Shown here one piece after another: positions 1-14,492 of a stretch of 64,000 nt of DNA. Position numbers and translations under genes: made by a program. The number at the start of each line of letters is the position of its first letter. Within the stretch, counting starts at the first letter, position 1. Under the pieces are notes generated by a model that saw only the letters and a program-made list of their open reading frames with translations, did no database searches and was not told where the DNA came from. Origin of the DNA: Octopus vulgaris (taxonomy: Eukaryota); NCBI GenBank assembly GCA_951406725.2, contig OX597824.1:73036001-73100000 (forward strand), read 5' to 3'.

Positions 1-104
1 TCTTACAGCTTGTCAATGGAACCTACTATGGTAACTGAGAGACTGGCAAAAATCATGTACAAGCTTCTGTCATATAAATTGAGTGATGTGTAGATATATA
101 AGTT

Positions 105-683
<579 letters not shown>

Positions 684-914
684 TATAAAATCTTTTATCT
701 TTTACTTCTTTCATTCATAAAACTGCGCCTATACTGAGACACTATTTTGAAGAGTTTAGTCGAACAAATCAATACCAGTATGTTAGTCGCTTTTGCCGAA
801 TCGCTACGTTACAGGGATACTTGCTCAAAGTACTATGCAGTGCGATTGAACCCAGAAACGTGGTTGGAAAGCAAACTTCATACTACACAGGTGCACTTGC
901 GCCTATACACACAC

Positions 915-1004
<90 letters not shown>

Positions 1005-1832
1005 CCTTAAAGGTTTGGGGAAACTTTTTGATTCAGTCACATTTGAAAAAATATTTTCTTTAATAAAAACTATCAATTATATTTAAAAAAACGTTCTTAG
1101 GAAAAAAACATCTGATTAACACTGACCTTATGCTAAGAGGTTTGCGTGTAAGCGCTTTCACTAAAAACAAACTACTTCTTTATGGGTTACCTTATAACAC
1201 GTGTGTTTGAAGATCTGAAACTAGAGAAAAGCGTTTATTCAAAGTGTCCTTTTTATAAGGTTTGTGATAATTGGCGTTTTTGAAAGTTATTTTATATAAA
1301 TTAATATTTCTCAATATGAGAAAATCTTTATATACATTGAGAGTTCAGGGGTTCAAGTGAATCAGGTACCTAAATTATAATGTACCAAGTTCACATCAAA
1401 GAAATAGCAATCGTTTACAAAACAAAATTAGAGGAAAATATACGTATATACTGAAGTACAGTTGGATTAATTTTCGCACGATAACTCTATTCATAAAAAA
1501 AAAACTAGTTTGAAACAGCTGTAGTAAGTGAACCAATTTCCACCTGTTGTTATATATATATATACGTATATATATATACTTTTTATCTTATATTAAACTT
1601 TTTAATACTTTTTTATAGTTATATATATTTAATAAATAAAAAAATATTAAAAAAATAAATATTAAAAAAAAATTATAAATATAAATTAATAATTTTAATT
1701 TTAAATTTAAATGATTTAAATTTTTAAATTTTATATTTTATATATTTTGTATATTATATTGATTATTTTTAATTTTATGTTTTGGTTTATGTTTTTCACT
1801 GTTTTATTTGCCTAATAGTGGTTTTATCTCTA

Positions 1833-1885
<53 letters not shown>

Positions 1886-2239
1886 TGTATGTATGTTTTT
1901 ATATATGTATACATGCATACATACATACAGAGATTGATGGATGAATAGATATACAGACAGACAGACAGACAAAACTATGTAATTAAGCATGCCGGCATTT
2001 AAGTGTATGCGTGTGTACACTGACATATTCCTAGGCGACCTTGATACGTTAGTTAGAATGTCGATGTTGATGTATCTGCATAATTATGTCGCTCTATGAT
2101 AATCAATTCTGCCGTAAGTATTGGAAAATAGATTAATTTTATATATAGACAGTCCAGCTTCTCACCTACATTATTGTATTATGTAGCACTCTTCTCATTT
2201 AATGTAGCGGTTCTCAGTTTCTTTTCCGATTCGTTGTTG

Positions 2240-2684
2240 TTGTTGTTAATGGTGATAATGGGGATAGTGCCGGATGGTGGTGATGATGGGTGGTGTTGGT
2301 GGGGTTGGTGAAAATAGTGTTGATGTAGTGGTGTTGATGGTGCTGATAATGACGTGGATAATGGTCACGCCGTCGTTGGTAATGTTCGTGATGACAATGG
2401 TATCATGGTGTTGGTGATAATGGTGTTTGTTGATAGTGATGATGATGATGATGATGATGATGATGGTGTTGGTGTTGAAGGTGATAATGGTGTTGATGAT
2501 GGTGATGATAATGTGTGGTGTTGATGGTGGTGTGATGGTGATGATGATAATGTGTGGTGTTGATGGTCATGTTGATGGTGTTGGTAGTAGTGTTGATGGT
2601 TGATGGTGCTGAATGTTGTGATGGTGATGTTGTTGTTGGTGATAATGTTGCTAAGAGAGGTGATAATGATGTTGGTAAAAGAGA

Positions 2685-2728
<44 letters not shown>

Positions 2729-2809
2729 TAGTAGTAGATGTAGTATTAGTGTTGGTGGTGGTGGTGGTGGTAGTGTTGGTGGTGGTGGTAGTAGTATTAG
2801 TATTAGTAT

Positions 2810-2846
<37 letters not shown>

Positions 2847-2880
2847 GGTGGTGGTGGTGGTAGTAGTAGTAGTAGTAACT
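2240..2880. repeat. Compound (GGT/GAT/GCA/GTA)n low-complexity tract
   Basis: Trinucleotide arrays; ORF 2554..2886 is a poly-V/A artefact. Confidence 0.9.
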
Positions 2881-3269
2881 GCTTAGCCCCTTCCCACAAA
2901 AAGCTTGACTTAGCAGAGCTATGATGAAAATTGTTTCAGTCTTGATCTCATTGTCTCTTCAGCGGTATTTAGGGGCTGTAGTCTATATTCTACAAGGCTT
3001 CCCTCTTTGTTGTGAAACGATAGCGCTTGATTTGAGGGAGGACAGGAAAATACGCAAGGCTTCCTCACTGATTCATGCTCCAGTTGTTATTGTGGCGTTG
3101 GAAGTGTAGCAGTTGTTGTAGTGGTGGTGGTGTTAATGATGATGTTGGTCTTGCTGTTGTGGTGGTGGTGTTAGCTTTAGAGAAAGAAGGAGAGCGAGGA
3201 AGAGAGATGGGATTACCAAAAGTTTTTGTGGCTGAGAGTGGTGCTGCTGTTGCTGTTGCTGTTGCTGTT

Positions 3270-3633
3270 GAGCGAAGCGGTCTTCGTCCCAGTGCTCGCA
3301 AGATAGAAGTCCGAAACGTGGTCCTTTGCTATTCGTAAGACCCGCAGAAGAGAAAGCAGGTCAACCCCCGATACCGAGAGCATCGACAGATGGATGAATG
3401 CGCATCCAGGCTCAGCGGTTGCGTAGGAAGTCGGAGACAAGAAGCAGGAAGAAAGAGAGGGATAAAGTTGGAGCGAAAGAGTACAACAGGGGTCCACCCC
3501 CACCCCTGCCGGAGCCTCGTGGAGCTTTAGGTGTTTTCGCTCAATAAACACACACAACGCCCGGTCTGGGAATCGAAACCGCGATCCTCCGACCGCGAGT
3601 CCGCTGCCCTAACCACTGGGCCATTACGCCTCC
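3270..3633 (-). mobile_element. SINE family C (tRNA-Arg-like head) with a distinct 3' tail ending in (CAA/CAG)n
   Basis: Minus strand starts GGAGGCGTAATGGCCCAGTGGTTAGGGCAGCGGACTCGCGGTC with Pol III A/B-box-like motifs; same head at 37322, 44462 and 53256. Confidence 0.8.
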
Positions 3634-4034
3634 GCTTGTTGTCGCTGTAGCTTCTGCTGCTTCTTCAGTAGTTGATGTTGTGATGGTTGAAGCGTTGTTT
3701 GCAGTAAAGGGGGTTTCCACGTTGTCTTTTTTTTATGGTAATAAACGTTGTCGCGGTTGGTGCTACTGCATTCACCACAACTTTTATTTGTTTTCCACTC
3801 ATCGAAAGTCAGTGATCTTCAGGAATTTCACATGAGCCAGTAGCGTCTGGGATATGAGACATCTAAGCTCAGTATTTTGGCGCCGCCTGCTTGGTATCAC
3901 TGATTCGACGCTGACTTATTCGACGTCAGACAATTGCGTTTCTTTTGTTCTCTCCCCCTCTTTCTCCACTTGTCTCTGTCTCTCTTTGTGAGTATATTTC
4001 TCTGAGTGTATGAAGAGAAGGAAAACGTTTTTGG

Positions 4035-4330
4035 AGTTAAAATTCCGCCGAGGTCGACTTTGCCTTTCATCCTTTCGGGGTCAATTAAATAAGTACCAGT
4101 TACGCACTGGGGTCGATATAATCGACTTAATTCGTTTCTCTGTCCTTGTTTGTCCTCTCTGAGTTTAGCCCCTTGTGGGTAGTAAAGAAATAGGTATTTC
4201 TTCCAACTTTTACGTTCTGAGTTTAAATGCCGCCGGGGTCGACTATGCCTTTCATCATAAAATACATACCAGTTGAGTACTAGGATCGAGATAATCGACT
4301 AATCCACTTCCCCGAAATTTGAAGTCGATG
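4035..4330 (+). mobile_element. SINE family B partial tandem copy
   Basis: Contains GAGGTCGACTTTGCCTTTCATCCTTTCGGGGTC...AAGTACCAG, shared with 18468, 55362 and 61706. Confidence 0.8.
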
Positions 4331-4417
4331 TATAAATTGTGATCCCTCTCTCCCTCTCTTTCTCGCACCCGTTTATCTGTATGTGTGCGTATATTTCTAT
4401 GAACGCGCGTGTATGAG

Positions 4418-4492
<75 letters not shown>

Positions 4493-4699
4493 ATTTGCCT
4501 CCTGCGCCAGCTGTAGCCGTTCAAGAATTTGGACCTGGAGATCTCCATTTCCAACGACTTCGAGGGCCACCTCCCAGTGGTGTCGGGCGTCAACGAAGAG
4601 CTCTCGACTACAACACGATGACCAAAGTTTTTTTTTTCCAAGGTCTGGGGTCACCTAATCATCCTTACCCGTCTTGTTGCTTAACAACAACAACAACAA

Positions 4700-5120
4700 C
4701 GCCAGCTGTACCAACTCATCAGCGTGCAAACAGCTGTAGCCAACCGTCTAATTCCGTATCACCTGGAGCCCTGTTTAAAGTTCAGATCCATTATTGCAAC
4801 CTGTTGATTTGGATTTGCTAACTTTCCTCACCTCTATCTTCAATATCATTACTCTATAACTCTGTTTCTGTGGGGGTTGCATTTCGTTTAGCGGGATTTC
4901 GCCACACCATTCTCTGTACAGAACTGAAAAGCCTACAATAGTCGAGAACCTCTCGGTCTAATTACGCAGGTTTGCCTGTTGCTCACTTAGTTTTCCGTCT
5001 CACAAATCTGTAAAAAATTGATCTTCTCTATTTCTCTTCTATATTTAACCCAAAAGCAACGCAGGCCTTGTTGCTTTTTCTAGAATATCTCTATTTAATG
5101 AGCGAGTAATCCACCCAGCA
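4700..5120 (-). pseudogene. Possible heavily decayed RTE-like LINE fragment upstream of the RT core
   Basis: Broken minus-strand peptides WIT..DILEK and ILKIEVRKVSKSKSTG loosely resemble the RTE ORF; many stops. Confidence 0.3.
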
Positions 5121-5754
5121 TTTAGCAAACGAGATCCCAGTTTTTATGGAGGTGGCAAGTGTTGCTGTTGGTGGTGGTGGTGTTGGTGCTTCTGGTGTTA
5201 ATTCCAGTTGTTGTTTTTTTTATATATTCTGCTAGTGCTGGTTTCCATATTATTCATGACCAAAAGTATTATGTTGCTGCTTGTGATGGAGGTTTTCTTG
5301 TGTTGTTGTTGCTGTTGCTGGACGTATTGATGTTTTATATTACAGTAAGAGATGATAGTAATTATGATGGTTGTGTTATTTTTGCTCATATTACAAAACA
5401 AATTTTAAATAAAAAAAATAGCCAAAGGGGAGATAAGCTCTCTTTCATGAAGATGAAAGCGAGTTCCTTTCTACTTCTCTTTCTCTCGCCAGCCTTTCTT
5501 CGTCACGTAATGCCATTTTAAGTCTTATTTTTTTGTATTTTTAAAATAGTTACAAACAATTAGTTTCTTTAATGAATTCATCCTGTTATAAGCCGAAAGA
5601 ATTAACGACTAATTTCTGCTCACGGTTATTCTGCAACAAATGCACAACAAAAATATACCATAACAAATCCCTAATCAAACATGGAAAGAACAATTCATTT
5701 TAAAACTTACAAGCAAAACGTGACTTGCGTTCACACCACTACACGTTGTAGTGA

Positions 5755-6300
5755 CACGACCAGGTAGCGAAAGTGCTACATTGGAAACTGTGCGAAAAGT
5801 GGGGACTAGAGGGAGGCAAGAAGTGGTATGAACACAGACTGCAGGGAGTAGCAGAGTCGGAGACTAGCAAAATCCTCTGGGATTTCCCAATCCAAACAGA
5901 TTAGGTGCTAGAACATAACAGACCGGACCTAGTGGTGGCGGCAAGGTGCATCACATATGCTATATATTTGATGTTGCATGCTCCTTTGACCCACAAATGG
6001 TTAAGAAGGAAGATGAAAAGATAGATAGCTACAACCCTCTTAAGTACGAAATAGCCCGGCTATGGAAAATGAAGAAGGTGAAGATAGTGCCAATTATTGT
6101 TGGGTTCTTGGGGACGATATCAGAAGGCATCAAGAGGAATATAAAGGAAATTGGAACAGAGTGCCCAGTAGAACTGTTGCGAACGGTTTGCCTCCTTGAT
6201 GCGGCCAGAATAATCAGGAAAGTACTAGATAGCTGAAAAGGATAGCATGGTACCATATGCAAGACTCCAGGAGCCCCAAAAAAACCTGTGATAAAGAGAA
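5755..6300 (+). mobile_element. 3' fragment of an R4/Dong-like non-LTR retrotransposon (RLE endonuclease) ending in (TAA)n
   Basis: HDQVAKVLHWKLCEK..KILWDFPIQTD*VLEHNRPDLVV..IFDVAC..K..Y..L..EIARLW..VPIIVG.LGTI; short 3' UTR followed by about 190 bp of (AAT)n. Confidence 0.85.
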
Positions 6301-6497
<197 letters not shown>

Positions 6498-6662
6498 TCC
6501 TTTCTACTAAAGGCACAAGGCCTGAAATTATGTCGAACCCAGTGTTTCACTGGTACTTAATTTATCGACCCCGAACGGATGAAAGGCAAAGTTGACTGCG
6601 GTGGAATTTGATCTTCGAATGTAAGGACGGACGAAATGCCGCTAAGTATTATTATTATAATC

Positions 6663-6776
<114 letters not shown>

Positions 6777-6791
6777 AATAATAAAAATTAA

Positions 6792-6842
<51 letters not shown>

Positions 6843-7044
6843 TTTTGTCCCACAGGCATCACAGACATCAGTGTTTTCAATTGCATGGCAAAAAAAAATG
6901 TTTTCAATTGCACAGTACCTCACCTGTAAGCCTCTTAAGATGCGAAATCTTGCTGTACCTTGACGTCTCTGGTTGAGACTTGGATGCAACTCGTATAAAC
7001 TAAAGCAAAACCGAAACATAATAATAATAATGATGATGATGATG

Positions 7045-7110
<66 letters not shown>

Positions 7111-7129
7111 GAATAGCAAATACTCATAA

Positions 7130-9230
7130 AAGACCAACGTGACAAGGAAAAGTCAAGACGTAATTCGATTCTCTCTGATCTGATTTAGAAACATTAAAAA
7201 CTTATGCAACAATCATAATATAAAAACATCAAAGAGAAAGATAACGAGAAAGCATGAATTAAAGTCGGAACAGAAATTTGCTGAAGTAGTGGAGAAGATA
7301 AAATAAAAAAAAAATGCTGGTCAAAGCCGTACGTATACGCTGCTTCGAAAAACGATCAAGGTTCTTCAAAGATAACAGCATGTTTAAAAATATTGGGTTG
7401 TCCGGAAAGTTCGTGCCGATTTATAGTAGCTTACCTTTCGACTTATTTTAGAACGTGTTTGAGTCCATAAAATAGGATTTGACTACACCTCCATTTAGAG
7501 CACAGTTTAAGCTATCTTTTCGTGGAAGAAGGTTTATGTTCCTATAACCTGTGTTAATTCTGTAACCCTTTAAAATGGAAGATAAAAAAGTTCATTTTCG
7601 GCACTTGATGCTTTGGGAACCAGACAAAAATTGCTGCAGTTCGGCTGGGATGTATTACCCCACCCTCCATATTCACCAGATATTGCTCCTTCGGATTTCC
7701 ACTTATTCAGGTTTCTGCAGAATAGTTTTAATGGTAAAAATTTCAATTCCTTGGATGACGTAAAAAGATACCTTGATGAATTCTTTGCCATGAAACCACC
7801 TCAATTCTGGGAAGAGGGTATTTTTAAGTTAAAGGAAAGATGGTGATGCATTGTGCAACAAAATAGTTCATATTTGGTTGATTAAAAATTTAATGGCAAG
7901 TATTTATTGACCTTTTTCTTTCCTTTAAAAATCGGCACGAACTTTCCGGACAACCCAATAATTCGAAGAAATTCTATAAGCGCATTGAAAAGAGCAACAT
8001 CAAAATAGAAGTACCGTTCAGAGCATGAAATACTGGAGTTCTGGTGGAAAATTTGGGCAGAAGAGAAGTACAACTGTGATATCCTGTTGATTAAAAGACA
8101 AAAAGAAAACACCGAGCTTATAGAAGAGCAAATATGAAAAGCGATAAGTGTAGAAAATGTCAGACTCACGTTCAAAAAGTTCGTAAATCGAAGTCACCTG
8201 GTATGGATAAGATTCCAAACTATTGTTTCAAGGTGTTTACAAACTCACACAAGAAACTAACTTGTTGTTACAACAATTATGAAAGAAGCGCAGATAACCC
8301 CTGAATGGCTGGTTAATTGTATCACATTTTTGCTCCCTCAAAATGAAGAAACAGAAAACCCTAAGAACTACATAATCATAATATTCCTTACAACACTGTA
8401 TAAAACCCTTACATCTCTCCTAATAGAACACACATGTGCCTGTCTTGTTTAACATCTTTCCTTATGATCAAAAATGATGTAAACGTAGGTCTTATGGATG
8501 CAGGCATCAATTGTTAATTCAGAAAAGGATTTTTGAAAATTGTCATAGCAGGAAAATACATCTCACAGTGGCCTGGATAGACTACAAGAAGGCTTTTGAT
8601 AGTCCTCCTCACAGCAGGATAAAAGAATCAGGAATTTTGTATCTCACACCATGAAGCCATGGAAAACGATAATAATTCCCAACAGTAAGGTCGACTTTGC
8701 CTTTCATCCTTTCGGCGTCGATAAATTAAGTGCCAGTTGCGTACTGGGGTTGATCTAATCGACTGGCCCCTTCTCCCAAAATTTCGGGGCTTGTGCCTGG
8801 AGTAGAAACGAATAATTCTCAATAGTGACACTACAAATATAAATACTGGATAACTCAATATTAATTGTGGAATCTTTCAAGGAGACTCGTTATCTCTTTT
8901 ATTATTATTCTGCTTCATCCTAGTAAACTCTTGAATAAAACAAATTATGGATACAGAGTTTATAGAAAAGCAGTTAATCATCTCCTCTATCTGGATAACT
9001 TGAAACTATTCGCAAAAAATGATCAACAACTGCAAGCACTCCTATACACAGACAAACAATTCAGTGATAGCATCAAAATAGAATTTGTTTCACAAATGTG
9101 CCAAGATTACATTTACCAAGGGAAAACTATCAATTACATGCAACGTCCCCCTAGATAAAGAAACCAAGATAAAAGAATTAGAACCTCTGGGCAGTGACAA
9201 GCATCTAGGAGATTATGAAAGAAAAGTAAA
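7130..9230 (+). mobile_element. Decayed R4/Dong-like LINE reverse transcriptase region, interrupted by a mariner and a SINE B piece
   Basis: KSPGMDKIPNY, PEWLVNCITFLLP, AWIDYKKAFDS, GIFQGDSLS, NHLLYLDNLKLFAK (YMDD equivalent); frameshifts and stops. Confidence 0.85.
7393..7958 (+). mobile_element. Internally deleted mariner transposon with intact TIRs and TA TSD
   Basis: About 30-bp TIRs TTGGGTTGTCCGGAAAGTTCGTGCCGATTT; TA on both sides; N-terminal MEDKKVHFRHLML joined to C-terminal WDVLPHPPYSPDIAPSDFHLF. Confidence 0.93.
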
Positions 9231-9628
9231 ATATCAGCTATATAGTGGGATCAGTGTTATCGACTAATCCTTCCCTCAAAATTGTTGACCACGTGCCAAA
9301 AATTAGAAACAATAAAATGATTGACCGGCAGAACCGTTGTCGGATAAAATGCTTATCTGTATGCTATGGTTTCGAATCCTGCCGGGTTATTAAAATAAAA
9401 TATGCTTCAAGAAATAGGATCAATGTAGTTGACGATAACCCCTCCTCTGAAATGTATGACCTTTGCTTATATTAAAAATCGATATTGTTATTGATATATG
9501 TAAGGCAAGACATCCGCAGAATCAGCGGTGTTGAGAATTAACTGCGCTGCGGTAGTTAGTTATCGATTCTCTTCCTCGCACTAAATATGTGACCTTGTGC
9601 GAATGCTAGTAACCGTTATTAATCTAGA

Positions 9629-9901
9629 CAGCTGGTTCTCAACCGGGGTCCATATAATCCTTGTGGGTCTATATAAGATTTTATTGTTAAAATTTATGTG
9701 CAATAAATTGGTTATTCTTCTACAATAAACAAAATATTTTAATACCTATTTTATACAATTTCTAATAATTTAATTATATAATACTGATAATTTAATTATA
9801 AAGATACAATCAGATTTTTTTTTTAATATCGAATGGCTATAAGGGCCCACCCGAATGAAATAAGAATCAAAGGGGTCCATAGGAAAAATTGAGAACCACT
9901 G
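9629..9901. mobile_element. hAT/Charlie-like MITE
   Basis: Ends CAGCTGGTTCTCAA...TTGAGAACCACTG; 8-bp TSD-like ATCTAGAC/ATCCAGAC matching the NTCTAGAN preference. Confidence 0.75.
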
Positions 9902-9931
9902 ATCCAGACGATATTAAGCTTGACTGAAGCA

Positions 9932-10658
9932 TCAACCAACCAACAACCAACCAGCCAATCAACCAACCAGCCAGTCAGCCAGCCAGCCAACCAACCAACC
10001 AACCAGCCAACCAACCAACCAGCCAACCAACCAACCAGCCAGCCAACCATCTAACCAACCTACCAGCCAACCATCTAACCAACCAACCAACCAACCAACC
10101 AGCCAGCCAACCAGCCAGCCAGCCAACCAACCAACCAACCAACCAACCAGCCAGCCAACCATCTAACCAACCAACCAACCAACCAACCAACCAACCAACC
10201 AACCAACCAACCAGCCAGCCAACCAACCATCTAACCAACCAATCAACCAACCAACCAACCAACCAACCAACCAACCAACCAACCAACCAACCAACAATCA
10301 ACCAACCAACCAACCAACCAACCAACCAACCAACCAACCAGCCAGCCAGTCAGCCAGCCAGCCAACCAACCAACCAGCCAGCCATCAACCAATCAACCAA
10401 CCAACCAACCAACCAACCAACCAACCAACCAACCAACCAACCAGCCAGCCAACCAACCAACCAACCAACCAACCAACCAACCAACCAACCAACCAACCAG
10501 CCAACCATCTAACCAACCAATCAACCAACCAACCAATCAACCAACCAACCAATCAACCAACCAACCAACCAACCAACCAACCAGCCAGCCAGCCAACCAA
10601 CCACACAACCAACCAACCAACCAGCCACTCAGCCAACCAACCAACTAATCAACTAACC
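9932..10658. repeat. (AACC/AGCC)n tetranucleotide array of about 720 bp
   Basis: Seen directly. Confidence 0.95.
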
Positions 10659-11869
10659 GTTATATCGGCTGTTATTATATGGAGATTACATGTTATGTAC
10701 ATTTGTCGTTTTGATATTGTTTGAAACAATGTTATAACAACTTGACCCTGCAGTGGCATTTCATTGTTATTATAATTTCATTAAATTTAATTGGTTTGAG
10801 CTGGACTGATATGAATTTTAATCTAGGAATTATATTTAACATGTCCGAAGTAGTTGAAACGGAAATTTACCTCGACAGAACACAGTCAAAGCGTAGAAGG
10901 ATAACGAATCAGGGCAGACTTTTCAATCCACCATTCGGATTTATTAATCAACCACTGCCCTTTAAAGAGCTAACAGTTTTAATGAAATATCCGCAACAAT
11001 AAAAACGTATAAGCTGAAAGAAAACAACAACAATTACAGCAACAACAAAAACAACAACAACAACAACAATAACACTAAGATCATTTCTACATGGCGTAAA
11101 CATAACAGACGTGATATTGTTACCTGGAATGGTGTGCAAAAGTCACGTACACTTATGAGAGGTTTATCCTAAGCGAGTTTGCAGATTTCAATATTGGCGT
11201 CTTTAATGGCGGAGATGAAAACAATCCAAGCGCCGATTGATGCATTAAAAGTATGTAGCTTTCCGTATTGCTGTTACAGATTCTAATTTATAACCGTTGT
11301 TATGAACACTTTTGCTTTCATTCCTCTGTGTGTGTATGTGTGTGTGTGCGTGTTTCTTAATCGATTCTGTCTAACCTCCACACTGCTCTTAAAAGAGATA
11401 ATAACGATAGACTTCCTCGTCGAAGACGACGTAAGAGTGTTCAACTTTTGCCGATCGACCTGTACAAATGATGTGTTTCTAGTGATCAAATGTTCGTGCC
11501 GCGCATTAGCTCACTCTCTTCCCATCAAATCAACGCCATCTGAACAGGTGCACGGTGTACCACGCCTCAGGTGTCCAAGTAGTCGCAGAGTAACGTGAGA
11601 TGAAGTATTTTTCTCAAGAGCACAACACACCACCCGGTCTAAGAATTGAAACCCCGATCTCGCTGTCGTGAATGCAACACCCTAACCACTAAGCTATGAG
11701 AGTTATGGATAAAGGAATTACTACAAAATTAATGAGGACGGAACGTCAGGTGACGGACTCTCGCCTGACAGGTGCCTGACAGGTGCCTGGCGGGTGCCTG
11801 GCGGGCGCCTGGAGTATGCCAGGCGGGTGCCCTGTAGGTGAACAACACAAGCTCGGTTGTCATTATACG

Positions 11870-12280
11870 GCCGTCATAACAAAATGGTCTAAGGCGATGA
11901 ATATACCTGATAAGGAACGTTATTTTTTGAGTACATCCGTTGATTATGAAGTGGAGTCCATAACAAGATGTAGAAAGAGAATGTACAATATTTGGATAGA
12001 GAGACAGGGCTGCGTAAGTGGATAAAATTATCAACGGGGTGGAAATCTCAAAGTGGATCTCCACAGGTAAAACGATTCTTTTCTAAAAGAACACCGGTAA
12101 AGCTAATGCAGTAGAAAATCACTGGCTTATCTCCTGCCTACCCTTGATGAGGAAGTTGATGACTGGAATAATATCTAATTGTGTGTGTGACTTCCTGGAA
12201 ATGAATGACAAACTATCAGTGGAGCAGAAGGAATGCAAGAGGAAAAGCCGAGGGACAAAGGATCAACTTCTGATAAATAT
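11870..12280 (+). mobile_element. R4/Dong-like RT fragment
   Basis: TGKTILFLK..NAVENHWLISCLPLMRKLMTGII..EQKECKRKSRGTKDQLLIN. Confidence 0.75.
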
Positions 12281-12353
12281 AATGTACTTGGGTCGATGTA
12301 ACAGACTTACAATCTCTCCCAAAATTTCAAGCCTTGTGCCTTCTTTAGTGGGG

Positions 12354-12417
<64 letters not shown>

Positions 12418-12419
<2 letters not shown>

Positions 12420-12945
12420 GAGTGAGAGAGCAGTGCATGCCATCAAGTAACACTGCGGTAAAATATACGAAGCCCAGTATACCCATCATGACTACCCATC
12501 TGATAAGGGTACCCATCTGATAAGGGTACACTAGGCACATGCATCACAACCATATGTGCGCGACATGGTGATCTCATATCAAGATAAACAGCGCATGACC
12601 TTGCAGGTTGGGCTCAGTTAGAATTTTCTTGTGGTCGAGTAACCCATCCCGCCCAAAAGGTACCTGAATAAGGGTTGTTTAAGGATTTTGAACGAAAGAC
12701 CAATGTTTCCAGAGGTGAATTATTCAAACCCCAAAGAATCCCTCACAACACATGGCTATGATGCTCCCCCACTACTTCTGTTCATGATCAGAGATGCACA
12801 TATCGCCAGCCACTAAGGGACATACGCAACTGGTTAAGGTCAAGCAAGTGACAAGCAAATCTGTGGTACTGAGCAGAATATTTTCTGTAGCCCATCTTTT
12901 ATACCAAGACAAAACAATGTACATGATAACACTTCCAATAAGTGT
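12418..12945 (-). mobile_element. Non-coding retroelement 3' segment ending in (AAT)n; partial copies at 13655-13735, 15400-15445 and 51690-51860
   Basis: Dispersed near-identical segments; minus strand ends ...CTCTCTCACTCAATAATAAT. Confidence 0.6.
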
Positions 12946-13239
12946 TCTCCTTCTTAATCTTTTTTGCCCCTTGTGGGGCATAGGGCCTCAACAGTTGTTT
13001 TCCACTTTTTGGGGTCATTGGCGTGTTTCTAGGCAGCTTCCCATCCAAGAAACACGCCAATTCTTCCAGTTTCCGTCATTCGAATCCACTAACAAGGCTT
13101 TGGTCGGCCCAATGGCAATTGTAGAAGAAACTTGCTCAAGGTGCCATGCAGTGGGACTGAACCTGGAATCATGTGGTCAGGAAGCAAGATTCTTACCACA
13201 CAGCTACACCTGCGCCTATATATGAGTGTGTGTGCGTGC

Positions 13240-13291
<52 letters not shown>

Positions 13292-13732
13292 CTACTCACA
13301 CACACACACCATCTCTTACTTCCTCTGTCCTCTTTCATGATATATGTTTTTAGGGACAGAAATTCGAAATCTGAGAAGAAAATGTCTAGGCTAAACCTCG
13401 AAATACAACCTCCATTTTCCTCATCCACTCTCCACACCACCACCACAACCATAGCCACCATCGGAATAGCTACGAGTTGTTATGGTGACTGTCGCATCAT
13501 TTATTTCTATTTATCAAACATGAGTGTTTATACTATGTTGTAAACTATGGTGAAACATCATTATCGACTGATTGTTGCAGAGCCAGAGACTAAAAACTGA
13601 AGAGGGGAGCATAATATTCAAGAGTAAAAAAATCTTAATTAAAGAAAAATCTATTGCAGGTGAAGCCCAGTTAGAATTTTCTTCTGGTCGAGTAACCCAT
13701 CCCGCTCAAAAGGTCCTTGAATAAGGGTTGTT

Positions 13733-13869
<137 letters not shown>

Positions 13870-13871
13870 CA

Positions 13872-14270
<399 letters not shown>

Positions 14271-14437
14271 TCTCATTCTTTTTCTTTTCTTTTTATTTGT
14301 TTCAGTCATTTGACTGCGGCCATGCTGGAGCACCGCCTTTAGACGAGCAAATCGACCCCCAGTACTTATTCTATCGTAAACACACCAGCATCGGTTGTCA
14401 AGCGATTTTGGGGTTCAAACACAGACACATAAACATA

Positions 14438-14491
<54 letters not shown>

Positions 14492-14492
<1 letters not shown>

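Noticed and set aside
1560-1835. Extremely AT-rich aperiodic tract (origin-like or NUMT)
   Set aside because: No mitochondrial gene motifs; it lies between (TA)n tracts and may be degraded repeat or low-quality consensus
3308-3330. GAAAC-GTG-GTC hammerhead half on the plus strand
   Set aside because: No CUGANGA in a suitable position; it lies within a SINE tail
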